A stretch of 64,000 nucleotides of DNA, from positions 184,574,001 through 184,638,000 of the forward strand of contig NC_091990.1 in NCBI RefSeq assembly GCF_044704955.1. The letters are read 5' to 3'. The position numbers were made by a program, and so were the translations under genes. The DNA comes from Pristiophorus japonicus (taxonomy: Eukaryota). Below the pieces are notes generated by a model. That model made no database searches. It was not told the DNA's origin and was given only the letters and a program-made list of their open reading frames with translations. Below are positions 24,548 through 36,277 of the stretch, piece after piece. Every line of letters begins with the position of its first letter. Positions within the stretch are counted from its first letter, which is position 1.

Positions 24548-26207
24548 ATAAAAACAGAAAATGTTGGAAATAATTAGCAGGTCAAGCAGCATCTGTGGAG
24601 AGAGAAACAGCGTAAATGTTTCAAAACTATTAATCAGAACTGGAAAAAGTTAGAGATGTGGCAGATTTTTAAGCAAGTGTATGGGCAGGGAAAGGTGAGA
24701 GGGGAGAAAAGATCAAAAGAGAAGGTCTGTGATAGGGTGGAAGGCAGAAGAGATTAAGAGACAAAAGAGATGAAGATGCAAGACAAAAGGAGATGGTAAT
24801 GGGGCAAGTTAAGAAACAAAAAATGACGAGATAGGGTGTAAATGGGAAAAATGGGGAAAACAATGAAACAAATTTCATTCATCTTGCATCCAATTTACAC
24901 CCTACTCTCACCTTCACACGGTCCATCTCCGACTCTTCCCTTCCTCGACTTCTCTGTCTCCATTTCTGGGGATAGGCTATTGACAAACAATCACTATAAG
25001 CCCACTGACTCCCACAGCTACCTGGAGTACACTTCCTCCCACCCCACTTCCTGTAAGGACTCCATTCCATTCTCCCAGTTTCTTCGTCACACCTGTTCTG
25101 ACAACACTACCTTCCATATTAGCACTTCCGATATGTCTTCCTTTTTACTAAACCGTGGATTCCCTACCGTGGTTGACATGGCCCTCAACCATGCCTGTTC
25201 TATTTCACGCACTTCTGCTCTCACCTTTTCCCCTCTCTCCCAGGACCACGATAGGGTTCCCCTTGTCCTCACCTTTCACCCCATCAGCCTTCACCTTCAA
25301 CAGATCATCCTCCGCTATTTCCGCCACCTCCAGCGTGATCCCACCACCAATCACATCTTCCCCTCCCCTTTCAGCATTCTAAAGTGACTGTTCCCTCTGG
25401 GACACCCTGGTCCACTCCTCAATCACCCCCAGCTCCCCTTCCCGTTCCCACGGCACCTTCCCATGCAAGCGCAGGAGATGCAAAACCTGCCCTTTTACCT
25501 CCTTCCTTCCCACTGTTCAGGGCCCCAAACACGCTTTCCAGGTGAAACAGCGATTTACTTGTACTTCTTTCAATTTAGTATACTGTATTCGCTGCTCACG
25601 ATGTGGTCTCCTCTACATTGGGTGACTCTTTGCAGAACACCTTTGTTCACTCTGTAAGCATGACCCTGAGCTTCCAGTCACCTGTCACTTTAATTCTCCA
25701 CTCCGCTCCCACTCCGATCTCTTTGCCTTTGGCCTCTTACACTGTTCCAATGAAGCTCAACACAAACTTAAAGGACTAGCACCTTACCTTTCGTTTAGGC
25801 ACTTTACAGCCTTCTGGACTCAACATAGAGTTTTTCTTTTTTTCTGTTTTTTTCTCTTTCCCACAGCAGCTGTTGATAATTCTGCCATCCCCATTTACAC
25901 CTCCTCTAGACTCATCTTTTATTTCTTAACTTGTCCCATTACCATCTCCTTCTGCCTTGTACCATCATCCCTCTGTCTCTTAATCTCTTCTGCCTTCCCC
26001 CCTATCACTGACCTCCCCCTTTCCCTGCCCTTACACTTGCTTAAAAATCTGTTACATCTCTAACTTCCTCCAATTCCGATGAAGGGTCATTGACCTGAAA
26101 CATTAACTCTGTTTCGCTCTTCACAGATGCTGCCTGACCTGCTGAGTATTTCCAGTATTTCCTATTTTTATTTCAGATTCCAGCATCTGCAGTATTTTTC
26201 TTTTGTA
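24548..26207 (+). mobile_element. Penelope-like retroelement, 5'-truncated, with inverted 5' pseudo-LTR
   Basis: RT C-terminus LPFLDFSV..HYKPTDSHSYL, VPLVLTFHP; GIY-YIG region CKRRRCKTCP / FTCTSFNLVYCIRCSRCGLLYIG; 24550-24850 is an inverted copy of about 25885-26170. Confidence 0.88.
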
Positions 26208-27399
26208 TCCAAAGAATTATTTTGTATAGATAGTATTTTAGAAGCCTCCTATTCTGCAATATTAGAGTGTGCACTGACGACTGTTTCATATTTCAGCCTA
26301 TCCCAATCATACAATTTTGAAGGATTAGTATTTCAACTGAAAGATTGTGAAAAAAAATGATTTCAAAGATCTGGCAAATGATATCACATAGAGAATTGGA
26401 TTATGACATTATCCTTAAGGTTGAGCACTAAAGTACTTTTGAAACATGGGCTACCTGAGGTTTGACCATTTGTGTAAAATGAGCTAAATCCAAGCTTTTG
26501 CTAACCCAGTTTACATTTTTCGAAAGGGTGCCCTATTAAGGTCCTGGTGCCCTCTGTAATTTTTAACAGGAAATATATTTTTGTTTCCGGCGAAAATAAT
26601 GGGCAAAATCACTAGATAGCAATCATCTGGGTTCTTGTGCTTAAATCACATGGGGACCTGCATTCAGGTAATAAAGAGGCAGTTTGTGACTGGTGCCTAG
26701 AAGCAGAGTCTAACCGAGGAGACTTGCCCTGGTCTGGACACAACTTCCAGTGAGACAATGCTAACAGCAGGTTCAAAAATGACAGACACTTTAATGAGTA
26801 ATAAATACTTTGTTTTAGCGCTTGCTGCTTGTTACATATTTGTCGGCTGTGATTGCCCTATATTTTATTGCATAACATGGAAAAAATAATTTATCTGCTC
26901 AACTGAGAGATTTTGAGGAGAAAGAGGCCGGTGCTCGGGAAGGGCTATAGCCTTGCTTCAGTTGAACTTGATTGATTGAGGTGGAGTGAGTGTGAATGTA
27001 TTAGTCTCATCAACAACAAATATTGATTAGTGATTTTTAATCTTTTAATGAAATTAGTCCAACAGTAATTTGTAGCTATAAGCCCTGCCAACAGAAAAAG
27101 TGCACTCATTTTAATTTCAAGAAAGTTGAGAGCCTACCGCAGTATAATGGTGTATCGCCTAAAGTATGAACATTTTATTCACAATAATAATCACACTGTC
27201 TTATCAGCAGAGTGCCTTTGCTAGTTCCATTCACACACAGCAATTTGTCTGGTAATATTGCCTGCATAAAAGGTGGCCAAGCTGCCCGGATTGCCTGGGA
27301 GTCTCGCGGAATGGGGCTTACGATTTCAGATACCGACAATTGCAAATGATGTCAACCAACAAACCGGTAAATTAACAAAAACTTTTCAAGGAACCTTAA

Positions 27400-27530
27400 T
27401 AAGTCAAATTAAACTGTTGTTCTTGGATGTAATGATGCACCTCAGTCCCTCCGGAGCCCAGCAGTCGTGGAAGGACTCGAGCGTGCTGGCAGACACCGTG
27501 TGCTCCATCTCCAGAGACACCGGAGTGAGG
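27400..27530 (-). mobile_element. Tx1-clade 3' stub
   Basis: Minus strand reads VSLEMEHTVSASTLESFHDCWAPEGLRCII, homologous to 16795-16890. Confidence 0.75.
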
Positions 27531-28512
27531 CAGGATTTGCCCGGGCACTGCTGCTAACACAGGAATACTTTGAATTTCAAACCACAGCAGTGGCCCCCTT
27601 CCCCCCCCCCCACACTCCCCCCCCCCCGCTCCATGACATCACCGGCTACCGCCACAGAGAATCCTCCGGCTCAGTGACATTACCTCCTCCCCCCACCTCC
27701 GGCCCCTTCTAGGGGTGACCGGAACCAGAACCGGCTGATGCAGAAACAGCCGGGAGTCTGGAGAGGGAAGGGAGAGAGACGGCGCAGGTCTCGGGTGAAC
27801 AGGGACTAGGGGGAGGGGATTGGGGCGCAGGGTGGGGGCGAGAGAGTAACAGAGACTGCGAGTCGGTGAGAGGAAGACGGGGCTCGGAAGTTTGAGGGAT
27901 TGGGGCTCGGGGTGGTGGGGAGAGAGGGGGACTGCGGAATGGGGGTCAGGAGGTTGAGGCTCGGGTGGCCGATAGCGGGTGACCTAGGGTCAAGGGGATT
28001 GCGACTCTGGTGGGGGAAGGAGAGGGGTGGGAGAGAAGGAGACTTGGGTAGCTGTGGGACCCAGAATTTCTGGCCGAGCCGGGAGCAGCAGCAGCAACAT
28101 GGTGATTGGGAGTGGCACCGAGAGAGGAGCAGCCAGGCAAAGGGTGAGTGAAACCTCAGCAGTGGTGGGGGTGAATTTGACTCTAGTGCCTGACCTTTCA
28201 CCCCTATTAGTGTTCTTTTGTACAAAATATGGCATCCGCGCTGCACAGCATCTTGGTGAGGGCGGCAGGTCGAGGGTGAGCAGCGTGCACCAGAAGTATG
28301 CATTGTGCGCAGGTCGTAAGGTCAATCAGCGCGCACCGCTGATTGGGTGCCAGTGCTCGAGCTAATGGCCGATGGTAACCTCATTCAGAATCAGCAAGGA
28401 CCCCCCCCCGCCCCCGCCCCACCTGTGACATTTAAAGGGATCAGCAACCACTCTAAGGTTAGTTTCAGGTTGATTTCTACTGGCTTTGTGGGACTGTTTG
28501 GAGCTTACTGCA

Positions 28513-29095
28513 GTTGTACAGGGCCTTGGTGAGGCCTCACCTGGAATATTGTGTTCAGTTTTGGTCTCCTAATCTGAGGAAGGATATTCTTGCTATTGAG
28601 GGAGTACAGCGAAGGTTCACCAGACTGATTCCCGGGATGGCGGGATTGACATATGAGGAGAGACTGGATCGACTGAGCCTGTATTCACTGGAGTCTAGAA
28701 GAATGAGAGGGGATCTCATAGAAACATCTAAAATTCTGACGGGCCTGTTGGTTAGATGCAGGAAGAATGTTCCCGATGTTGGGGAAGTCCAGAACCAGGG
28801 GTTAGAGTCTAAGGATAAGGGGTAAGCCATTTAGGACTGAGATGAGGAGAAACTTCTTCACCCAGAGAGTGGTGAACCTGTGGAATTCTCTACCACAGAG
28901 AGTTGTTGATGTCAGTTCATTGGACATATTCAAGAGGGAGTTAGATATGGCCCTTACGGCTAAAGGGATCAAGGGGTATGGAGAGAAAGCAGGAAAGGGG
29001 TACTGAGGTGAATGATCAGCCATGATCTTATGGAATGGTGGTGCAGGCTCGAAGGGCCGAATGGCCTACTCCTGCACCTATTGTCTATGTTTCTA
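28513..29095 (+). mobile_element. CR1 3' fragment
   Basis: YRALVRPHLEYCVQFWSP to 3' UTR and TCTATGTTTCTA tail. Confidence 0.95.
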
Positions 29096-29436
29096 GGTTT
29101 ATCGAGTTGTTGTGGTGACAGGGATTGCTGCTGCAAGTGGAAAAGGCCTCCGAGTGCACGCACGTGGCTGTGCGGGCTCTGCATCTAAATGCCAAGATGT
29201 ATCATGAAGAATGCAACCTTCATTCCCCATTCACCAATAGTCCCACACCTTACCTTCCCTCTGATAATGACTATCACAGCGTCCTCTTAGCCACAGTGCT
29301 GAAATGAAAGCCACCATAAAACAAACATTCCAGTTCAACTTTATACATCAATCCATCCAATATTACATATAAAAGTCAACCTATCACCCTTGTGCATCCC
29401 TTTAGTGCCTGTCTTCAGTGTGTCTATGTGCTCCTA

Positions 29437-30386
29437 TTCAGAGACTGAACTCCGTCATAGTCAACATCTTCACTGAGGTGTACGAAAGCATGGGACTTAC
29501 ACTAAACATCCATAAGACAAAGATGCTCCACCAACCTGACCCCCCTAAACACCACTGCCCCCCAGTCATCAAGATCTACAGTGCAGCCCTGGACCACTTT
29601 CCATACCTCGGGAGCCTATTATCAGCGAAGGCAGACATTGACGATGAGATTCAACACCGCCTCCAGTGCGGCAGTGCAGCCTTCGGTCACCTGAAGAAGA
29701 GAGTATTCGAAGATCAGGCCCTCAAATCTGCCACCAAGCTCATGGCCTACAGGGCTGTAGTATTACCCGCCCCCCTGTATGGCTCAGAGACATGGACCAT
29801 GTACAGTAGACACATCAAGTCACTGGAGAAATACCATCAACGATGTCTCCGCAAGATCTTACAAATCCCCTGGGAGGACAGATGCACCAACGTTAGCGTC
29901 CTCGACCAGGCCAACATCCCCAGCATCGAAGCACTGACCACACTCGACCAGCTCCGGGCCACGTTGTTTGCATGCCTGACACAAGACTCCCAAAGCAAGC
30001 GCTCTACTCGCAACTCCCACATGCCCAGGTGGGCAGAGGGAACGTTTCAAGGACACCCTCAAAGCTTCCTCAATAAAATCCAACATTCCCACCGACACCT
30101 GGGAGTCCCTGGCCAAAGACCGCCCTAAATGGAGGAAGAACATCCGGGAGGGCGCTGAGCACCTCGAGTCTCGTCGCCGAGAGTATGCAGAAAGCAAACG
30201 CAGGCAGCGGAAGGAGCGTGCGTCAAACCAAATTCCCCACCCAGCCTTTCCCTCAACGACTGTCTGTCCCACCTTTGACAGAGACTGTAATTCCCGTATT
30301 GGACTGTTCAGTCACCTGAGAACTCACTTTTAGAGTGGAAGCAAGTCTTCCTCGATTTTGAGGGACAGCCTATGATGATGATAATG
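29437..30386 (+). mobile_element. RTE-clade (BovB-like) LINE 3' portion
   Basis: GLTLNIHKTK, FPYLGSLLS, LYGSETWT, HQRCLRKILQIPWED; C-terminal CxxC..H motif; (GAT)n tail at 30371-30386. Confidence 0.92.
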
Positions 30387-30425
30387 ACGTGCTACCCCAG
30401 TGGCTGCACCATGGCTAATGGGAGG

Positions 30426-31615
30426 TGTGGTGTATGTAGCACACAAATCACTGACTCCACACGGTCTGGTGTTGATATAACTGCTGTGACCTTAGTCCTT
30501 TATTGTGTAACTCCAGAGTGCCTCTCAGGTGTGGTGGGCAGCCTTTTATACTGCCTCTTGCAGGTACTTTCAGGTCTCCCACCACAGCGCCCTCTGTGGT
30601 GCACCATTGTACTTATACATTTAATGTACCTGGACAATACATAACATCTCACTACCCCCCCAGTTCCAAAAGCCATTGCCGGTGACCTCGGCCTTGTTGG
30701 TCCTGGCTGATTTGTGGGTGTGAGTCCCTGACCATCCACTTCCCTCTTCGCCCCCATGTGCAAGCATGTGGTATTTGCAGTCCTTGCATGGGTGATAAGG
30801 TACACGAGCATAACCTCCAACAGAAAGCAGGTATACGTAGGTGGTACATTTGTATGGTACATATAATATGTGGTACAGATGTTATGTCAAAAGGTTGCAA
30901 GTACACTGAACAATTATTTAATCCCAGCTTCTCTGGGTAAGGTATGGGGCATGGATACATATCCCTTTTACAAGAACCTCGTGGTATTAACTCTTTCCGT
31001 AACTCATATCCATAATTTTAAACACAGTGACCATTCAGCATTAAAATATTAACTCTTATCATAAATCCGTCAGCCTACATTCACATAGCTCATTTAGACT
31101 CGCTCTTGCCTGACAAAAGTCTTTATGTGGGGACCGCCAATGGTGTAAGGCCCTTCTAAGACTCCCGGGTGCATTTCCCTTTTAAGACGCCATCTTGTGG
31201 CTCCCACGAGGCTTCCCTTGGGCGCCGCCATCTTAGGTGCTCTGCTGGCCTTTGTCTGCAGAGCTCCGTTGCCAGGCGGCTCACACCATCTTGAGCTCAC
31301 TGGCGAAAAAAGGACAGAAGGGACAAGGAAGAAAGGAAGGGAAAAAAGCGGCCCACAGCAACCCATCTTGGCAGAAGTGGCTCCCTGGACTTGATCAGTC
31401 ACAGTCCCTGTGAGTCCCTCCGTGCTTGCTGCTGCATCCGCCGCTCTATCTCGCGTTCTCCCGAGTCACGCCAGCCGCCGCCACAGCCTCCGCTCCCACC
31501 GTTGTCTCCGCACTTGCCGCCTCTCCTGTGGCCGCCGTGGCCGCCACCATCGCAGTCGCTACCGCCGCCCGACTTTTCCTCTGCGTTATTCCCCCGGATC
31601 CGCCGGCCATCAATG
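30426..31615 (-). mobile_element. Truncated Gypsy element: 3' LTR (30426-30646), PPT and adjacent internal sequence
   Basis: LTR with TG..CA termini, TATAAAA and AATAAA on the minus strand; PPT GGGGGGGTAGTGAGA at 30647-30661; no 5' LTR. Internal boundary approximate. Confidence 0.7.
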
Positions 31616-34282
31616 GACCTCCCTCTCATCGCCCTGCTAGCTCTGATTGTGTGCCACCCTTATTCTGCAAAAGAAAGGGAAGTGTGTCAATGAGTGCCAG
31701 TCAATGTGTTTGGGTGATATGCCTATCATGGTTGAATAGCTGATAGTGTGTGCAAGCTGTGAAATGTGGGTGTGAGTCTTGCAGCAGTGGTAAGTGTGTG
31801 ATGATGAGGTGAAGCTATGAATATGAGGTATGAGTCATGTTTGGTAGAGAGTGTTGGTAGGTGAGTGATGGGGCTGTGGTGCATTGAGCAGTGTGTGAGG
31901 CTAGTGGTGCAGATGGTGGGATATGGCATTTGAAATTAATTCACTGACCTATATCACTCCTGTGATGTCATTATAGTTCTTCCTGCACTGCAGCTAGGCC
32001 CTCGGGGCGACACAGCTGCAATTTACAACTATGACTACCTGTTCCCATTGCCGTTTTTGATTTTGCCTGGAGGACATCCTGGCCCCTTGTAGAAATAAGA
32101 CCTCTCTCCTCCTTTCCACCTCCAGCACCAAGGCCTCCAGTGCTGCATCAGAGAACCTTGGTGCACACTCTCTCCCATGTTGTGTCTATCTCCCTCAGCC
32201 AGTTGCATCAGTTGCTGCAGGAAGACTGCACTTCCCCTTTAAGAGGTGCAGGCTGCCTTTAAGGCTAGCTTTCATTGGTGCTGGCCTGACATGAACTTGG
32301 GCCCCCTGCTGAACATTCAGCCACTCAGCAGCGTGTTCATCGCTCGGCTGAATGCTATAATCATTATAATTAGCAGGCAGCACGAAGGTCGCCCGTTTTC
32401 AGCCCGGGGACTTTACTGTGGGTAAATCATGAAAGATTGCTACCACTAGTGGGCGAATGAGAACAAGGGCTTGGAGACCAAGTGTCGTCCCAGCCATGTT
32501 AATGACCAGGGACAGGAACGTCTGGTGCACTTGAGCCTCTGTTTGTCTAGTGCTGGAGCGAAGAGAAGAATGGGCAGAAAAAACAGGAGGTGAAACTGGA
32601 CATGAGCCAACCCTATTGTGCAAGTAACTGAGCAACCAGTTGGAGGCTAATATTATCAGGATTGTCGTGGCTTTTTTTATAACTTTTGGCAGAATAATAT
32701 GCATCCATTTTGAACCAATCAAGATTACATTTGACATTCAGTGCAGAACTCTGTTATTTTGCATGCGGTGGCAATCTAATCTTCATGCACAATACTTGGA
32801 CAGCTCACCAGCAAGCCTGCATTGTGAGGTAACTGCACTGGTCTGCAGGGTGACTACAGTCACTGTGATATTTCTGTACCTGGGTGCTGATACTCATTAA
32901 TTAGGTCAGCAACATGCTCCATTATTCTTTTTGTTTGAACAATGCCAGAATGAATAAAGAATCAGTCAGACTTTTAAGTTCTGCTGATGAATCAGTTGAA
33001 TCTGCATCAACGACTTCCTGCATCGAATGGCTCACCTTGTAAGGATACCTGACCAGATACACGGGAATATTGATTCACCTCATGCACCCTTTCACTGCTT
33101 CTGTTGGATGCAATTGTTGGATTTATATGGGTAGGTTTTGCGAGTCATCGACATGGCGAGATACCTGGTGAGCTGCGAGCTGTGGTTTTGGGCCGTGTAC
33201 CCATTGATTCGATTTTCTGTGTGGTGCTCGCAGTAGGCATGGTGCCTTGCCCCAGTTGAGAAATCTGAACATCTTCCCAATAGAGAACATGGACATTAAT
33301 GATTACCTTGATGTGCACACACCCACACCGGGACCTTTCCCCACAACCAAACCAAAACCAGGCGGATTCCTGCTTCTTTCACCTTTTGAATTCAGTCATA
33401 AAATGAAAGACATTACTGCGCTGTGATGGCTGTAAGCATCCAATCCAATTCCTAGCGGACAGCAGATCCACAAAACAGGAACAAACTGTAACATGCCCCA
33501 GATTTGCATTAAACTGACAATCTTGTTCAGGGAAGCTACAAGGATAGATGATTTGGAAAAGTGAATATCTCTTAAGAGGATGGGCTGAAGTATGAGGTAG
33601 TGTAGAGGGAGCTCTTTATTAGATTTGACCAATGCAATATCTGACCGAGGACTTTCTATCCTCTGTTCTAACATCCTTTTTCTCGCTGAACACACACACA
33701 TACACAAAATTAACGCACCTAGGTTTGACACATCTGGCAATTTCTGATATACAGCAGGACCTGCAATACTAATATATCCCTGCAGACTTCAAAATGGCTG
33801 TTTTTGATCTGCTTGAACAAGATGATTTATATGTCATTTCCACTTCACTGTGGGATAAAAATCTCCAGCTGTTGCCATTAAACATATGAAATTATTCACT
33901 CATCATAGCACTCCTAAAAAGTACTCTGTCTCTGGTCTGGTTCAAGGTCACTTGTCGTACATATTCTTGACTTGAGGCACATATTGGAAGCAAAAGTGCC
34001 CCACAAATTGTTACAAAACATGGGGAGATTTTCGATATGGGTATTTTCTCTACTTTCTCCAACCGGAAACAAGAGCATTTGTTATGACCCAATCTGCAGG
34101 TTACTCTGTGTGAAATCTTCTCTAAACCCCCCATTTCCCAAGGCTCAAATGCCAGATTAGAGCTTTGTCAACGGCAGGCATGGGTTTGAAAGCCTGACCC
34201 TGACCTTGCCTATCCAGTTTACATTAGGGCAAGTTTTCAAAGATTGATATTTCGCCTCATTTAAATATTTTAACTACAATAG

Positions 34283-34910
34283 CAACAACAACTTGCATTT
34301 GTATAGCACCTTTAATGTAGTACAATGTCCAGGGTGCTTCACAGGAGTGTTATCAAACAAAATTTGACACCGAACCACATAAGGGAATATTAGGGCAGAT
34401 ACGTTTTAAGGAGTGTCTTGCATGAGGAAGGAGAGTTGGAGAGGCGGAGAGGTTTAGGGAGGGAATTCCAGAGATTAGGGCCCAGGCTGCTGAGGGCACG
34501 GCTGCCAATGGAAGAGTGATTAAAATAGGGGATACATAAGAGGCCAGAATTGGAGGAGTGCAGATATCTCGGTGGATTGTGGGGCTGGAGGAGGTTACAG
34601 AGATTGGGAAGGGCGAGGCCATAGAGGGATTTGAAAACAAGGAAGAGAATTTTAAAATCGGGGCATTGCTTAACTGGGAGCCAATGTAGGTCAGAGGGTT
34701 AATGGGTGAACGGGACTTGGTGCAAGTTAAGGCATGGGCAGTCGAATTTTGGATGAGCTTAAATTTATGGAGGTTGGAAATGGGAGGCTGGCCAGGAGTG
34801 TTTTGGAATCGTCAAGTCTAGAGATAACAAAGGCATGGATGAGCTGAGGCAGGGGTGGAGGCGGGTGATGTTACGGAGGTGGAAATAGATGGTCTAGTGA
34901 TGGCACGGAT
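34283..34910 (-). mobile_element. L2-clade LINE 3' fragment
   Basis: Minus strand reads FKILFLVFKSLYGLALPNLCNLLQP...LGPNLWNSLP; 3' end GGTGCTATACAAATGCAAGTTGTTGTTG. Confidence 0.8.
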
Positions 34911-35510
34911 AAAACAGGTTCCCTGCTGAGACTTTCAATTTCAGGCACGGCTTTGACTAATGTCACCCATTTAAGTTGGGCGCCTGGAAATCCTGGGACT
35001 TGTAAAAGGGAGATGGCAGTAAAGGCAGGATTTCACTTTTTGGGGCAGAGTAACGGTGGGTCAGGACTCCCACGTGCGTTTCTGATCTTGCCATAACCCC
35101 AGCTCATTTTGTTGACGCAGGGTTACTTAGGCATGCACGACAGGCTTGGGTAGGAACACCAGAAGACCTCTTCCACTGCACTTAAAGAGAAACAAGAGCC
35201 CCGAAGATGGACGTGGGCACAGTTTTTCTAGGTATCAGGAGAGACTGAGGCCTAAAAGCTTAGGGCTCAGTTCCATTTGGAGGGAGAGGATTTCCCTACC
35301 AGGCCCTCTCCCTTAATCAGAAGACTTCAGGGTTATTACTACTGCTACGCCAGCCTGTTACCACCTCCCAGCAGGCAGTGTGGGCAGGGGCGATAACAAG
35401 GGCAGGCAGAGGAAGAAATTGGCCAGGATGCTGGTCCCACCATCCCTCTGGCAGCCCACAGTGAGGGCAAGGGGAATTAAATCCAGGTCAGTGTGAGGAG
35501 GCAGTGGTAG

Positions 35511-35936
35511 GTCTACCCAGCTGGGTTATCTCTAGTCTACCCAGGTAGGTTATCTCTAGTCTACCCAGGTGGGTTATCTCTAGTCTACCCAGCTGGGTTA
35601 TCTCTAGTCTACCCAGGTGGGTTATCTCTAGTCTACCCAGGTGGGTTATCTCTAGTCTACCCAGCTGGGTTATCTCTAGTCTACCCAGCTGGGTTATCTC
35701 TAGTCTACCCAGCTGGGTTATCTCTAGTCTACCCAGCTGGGTTATCTCTAGTCTACCCAGCTGGGTTATCTCTAGTCTACCCAGGTGGGTTATCTCTAGT
35801 CTACCCAGCTGGGTTATCTCTAGTCTACCCAGCTGGGTTATCTCTAGTCTACCCAGGTGGGTTATCTCTAGTCTACCCAGCTGGGTTATCTCTAGTCTAC
35901 CCAGCTGGGTTATCTCTAGTCTACCCAGCTGGGTTA
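35511..35936. repeat. 24-bp minisatellite (GTCTACCCAGCTGGGTTATCTCTA) x about 18
   Basis: Near-perfect tandem copies; main variant CAGCTG/CAGGTG, one CAGGTA; internal palindrome ACCCAGCTGGGT. Confidence 0.97.
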
Positions 35937-36277
35937 GCAGAGGAAATTCCAGCTTTAAAAGTCCCACGGTCTGCCACCAGATGTGTGCCAGGGCGGAGCG
36001 GGATTTAAGTGCGCCCATTGCCAAGAAAGCTGGCCTTGTTAAAAATTCTTCTATCAGCTCATTTAATAATGTTGAGCAGAAATTTGTTGGGAATCCGATG
36101 ACCAGTACGACAGAAATGGCTATGGAGACCTGGAAATTCTAGGGGTTGGGGGGGAAGGGAGCATAATTTAAAGGTAGCCTACACTTAAAGGTGAGTGTCC
36201 TCATACCAGATATGGACCAGGAGAAGCAAATGGGAGGAAGAGAAGTGCAGCTAGTTTTATAGACAGAACAAGAAAAT

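Larger units (their letters stand above)
29100..32420. mobile_element. Fragmented Harbinger element (opposite orientation to 17980-22857) hosting RTE and Gypsy insertions
   Basis: Transposase piece ECTHVAVRALH (+, 29100-29210); 29220-29436 and 30387-30425 match 20940-21220 inverted; Myb exon 1 on - at about 31945-32190 (APRFSDAALEALVLEVERRREVLF). Confidence 0.7.

Noticed and set aside
27590-28170. GC-skewed Pro/Gly-rich ORFs
   Set aside because: Low-complexity G/C-run sequence, probably a TE interior; no domain evidence and the family could not be assigned.
30421-31625. GGAGG / CCTCC as the TSD of the truncated Gypsy
   Set aside because: The motifs are inverted, not direct, and the 5' LTR is absent.
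33031-33300. Possible minus-strand exon ending at a GTGAG donor
   Set aside because: All three minus-strand frames contain stops and there is no good acceptor or recognisable peptide.
35488-36024. 178-aa LGRLEITQ repeat ORF resembling a leucine-rich repeat
   Set aside because: Translation of the 24-bp minisatellite; no synonymous-site variation pattern or exon evidence.
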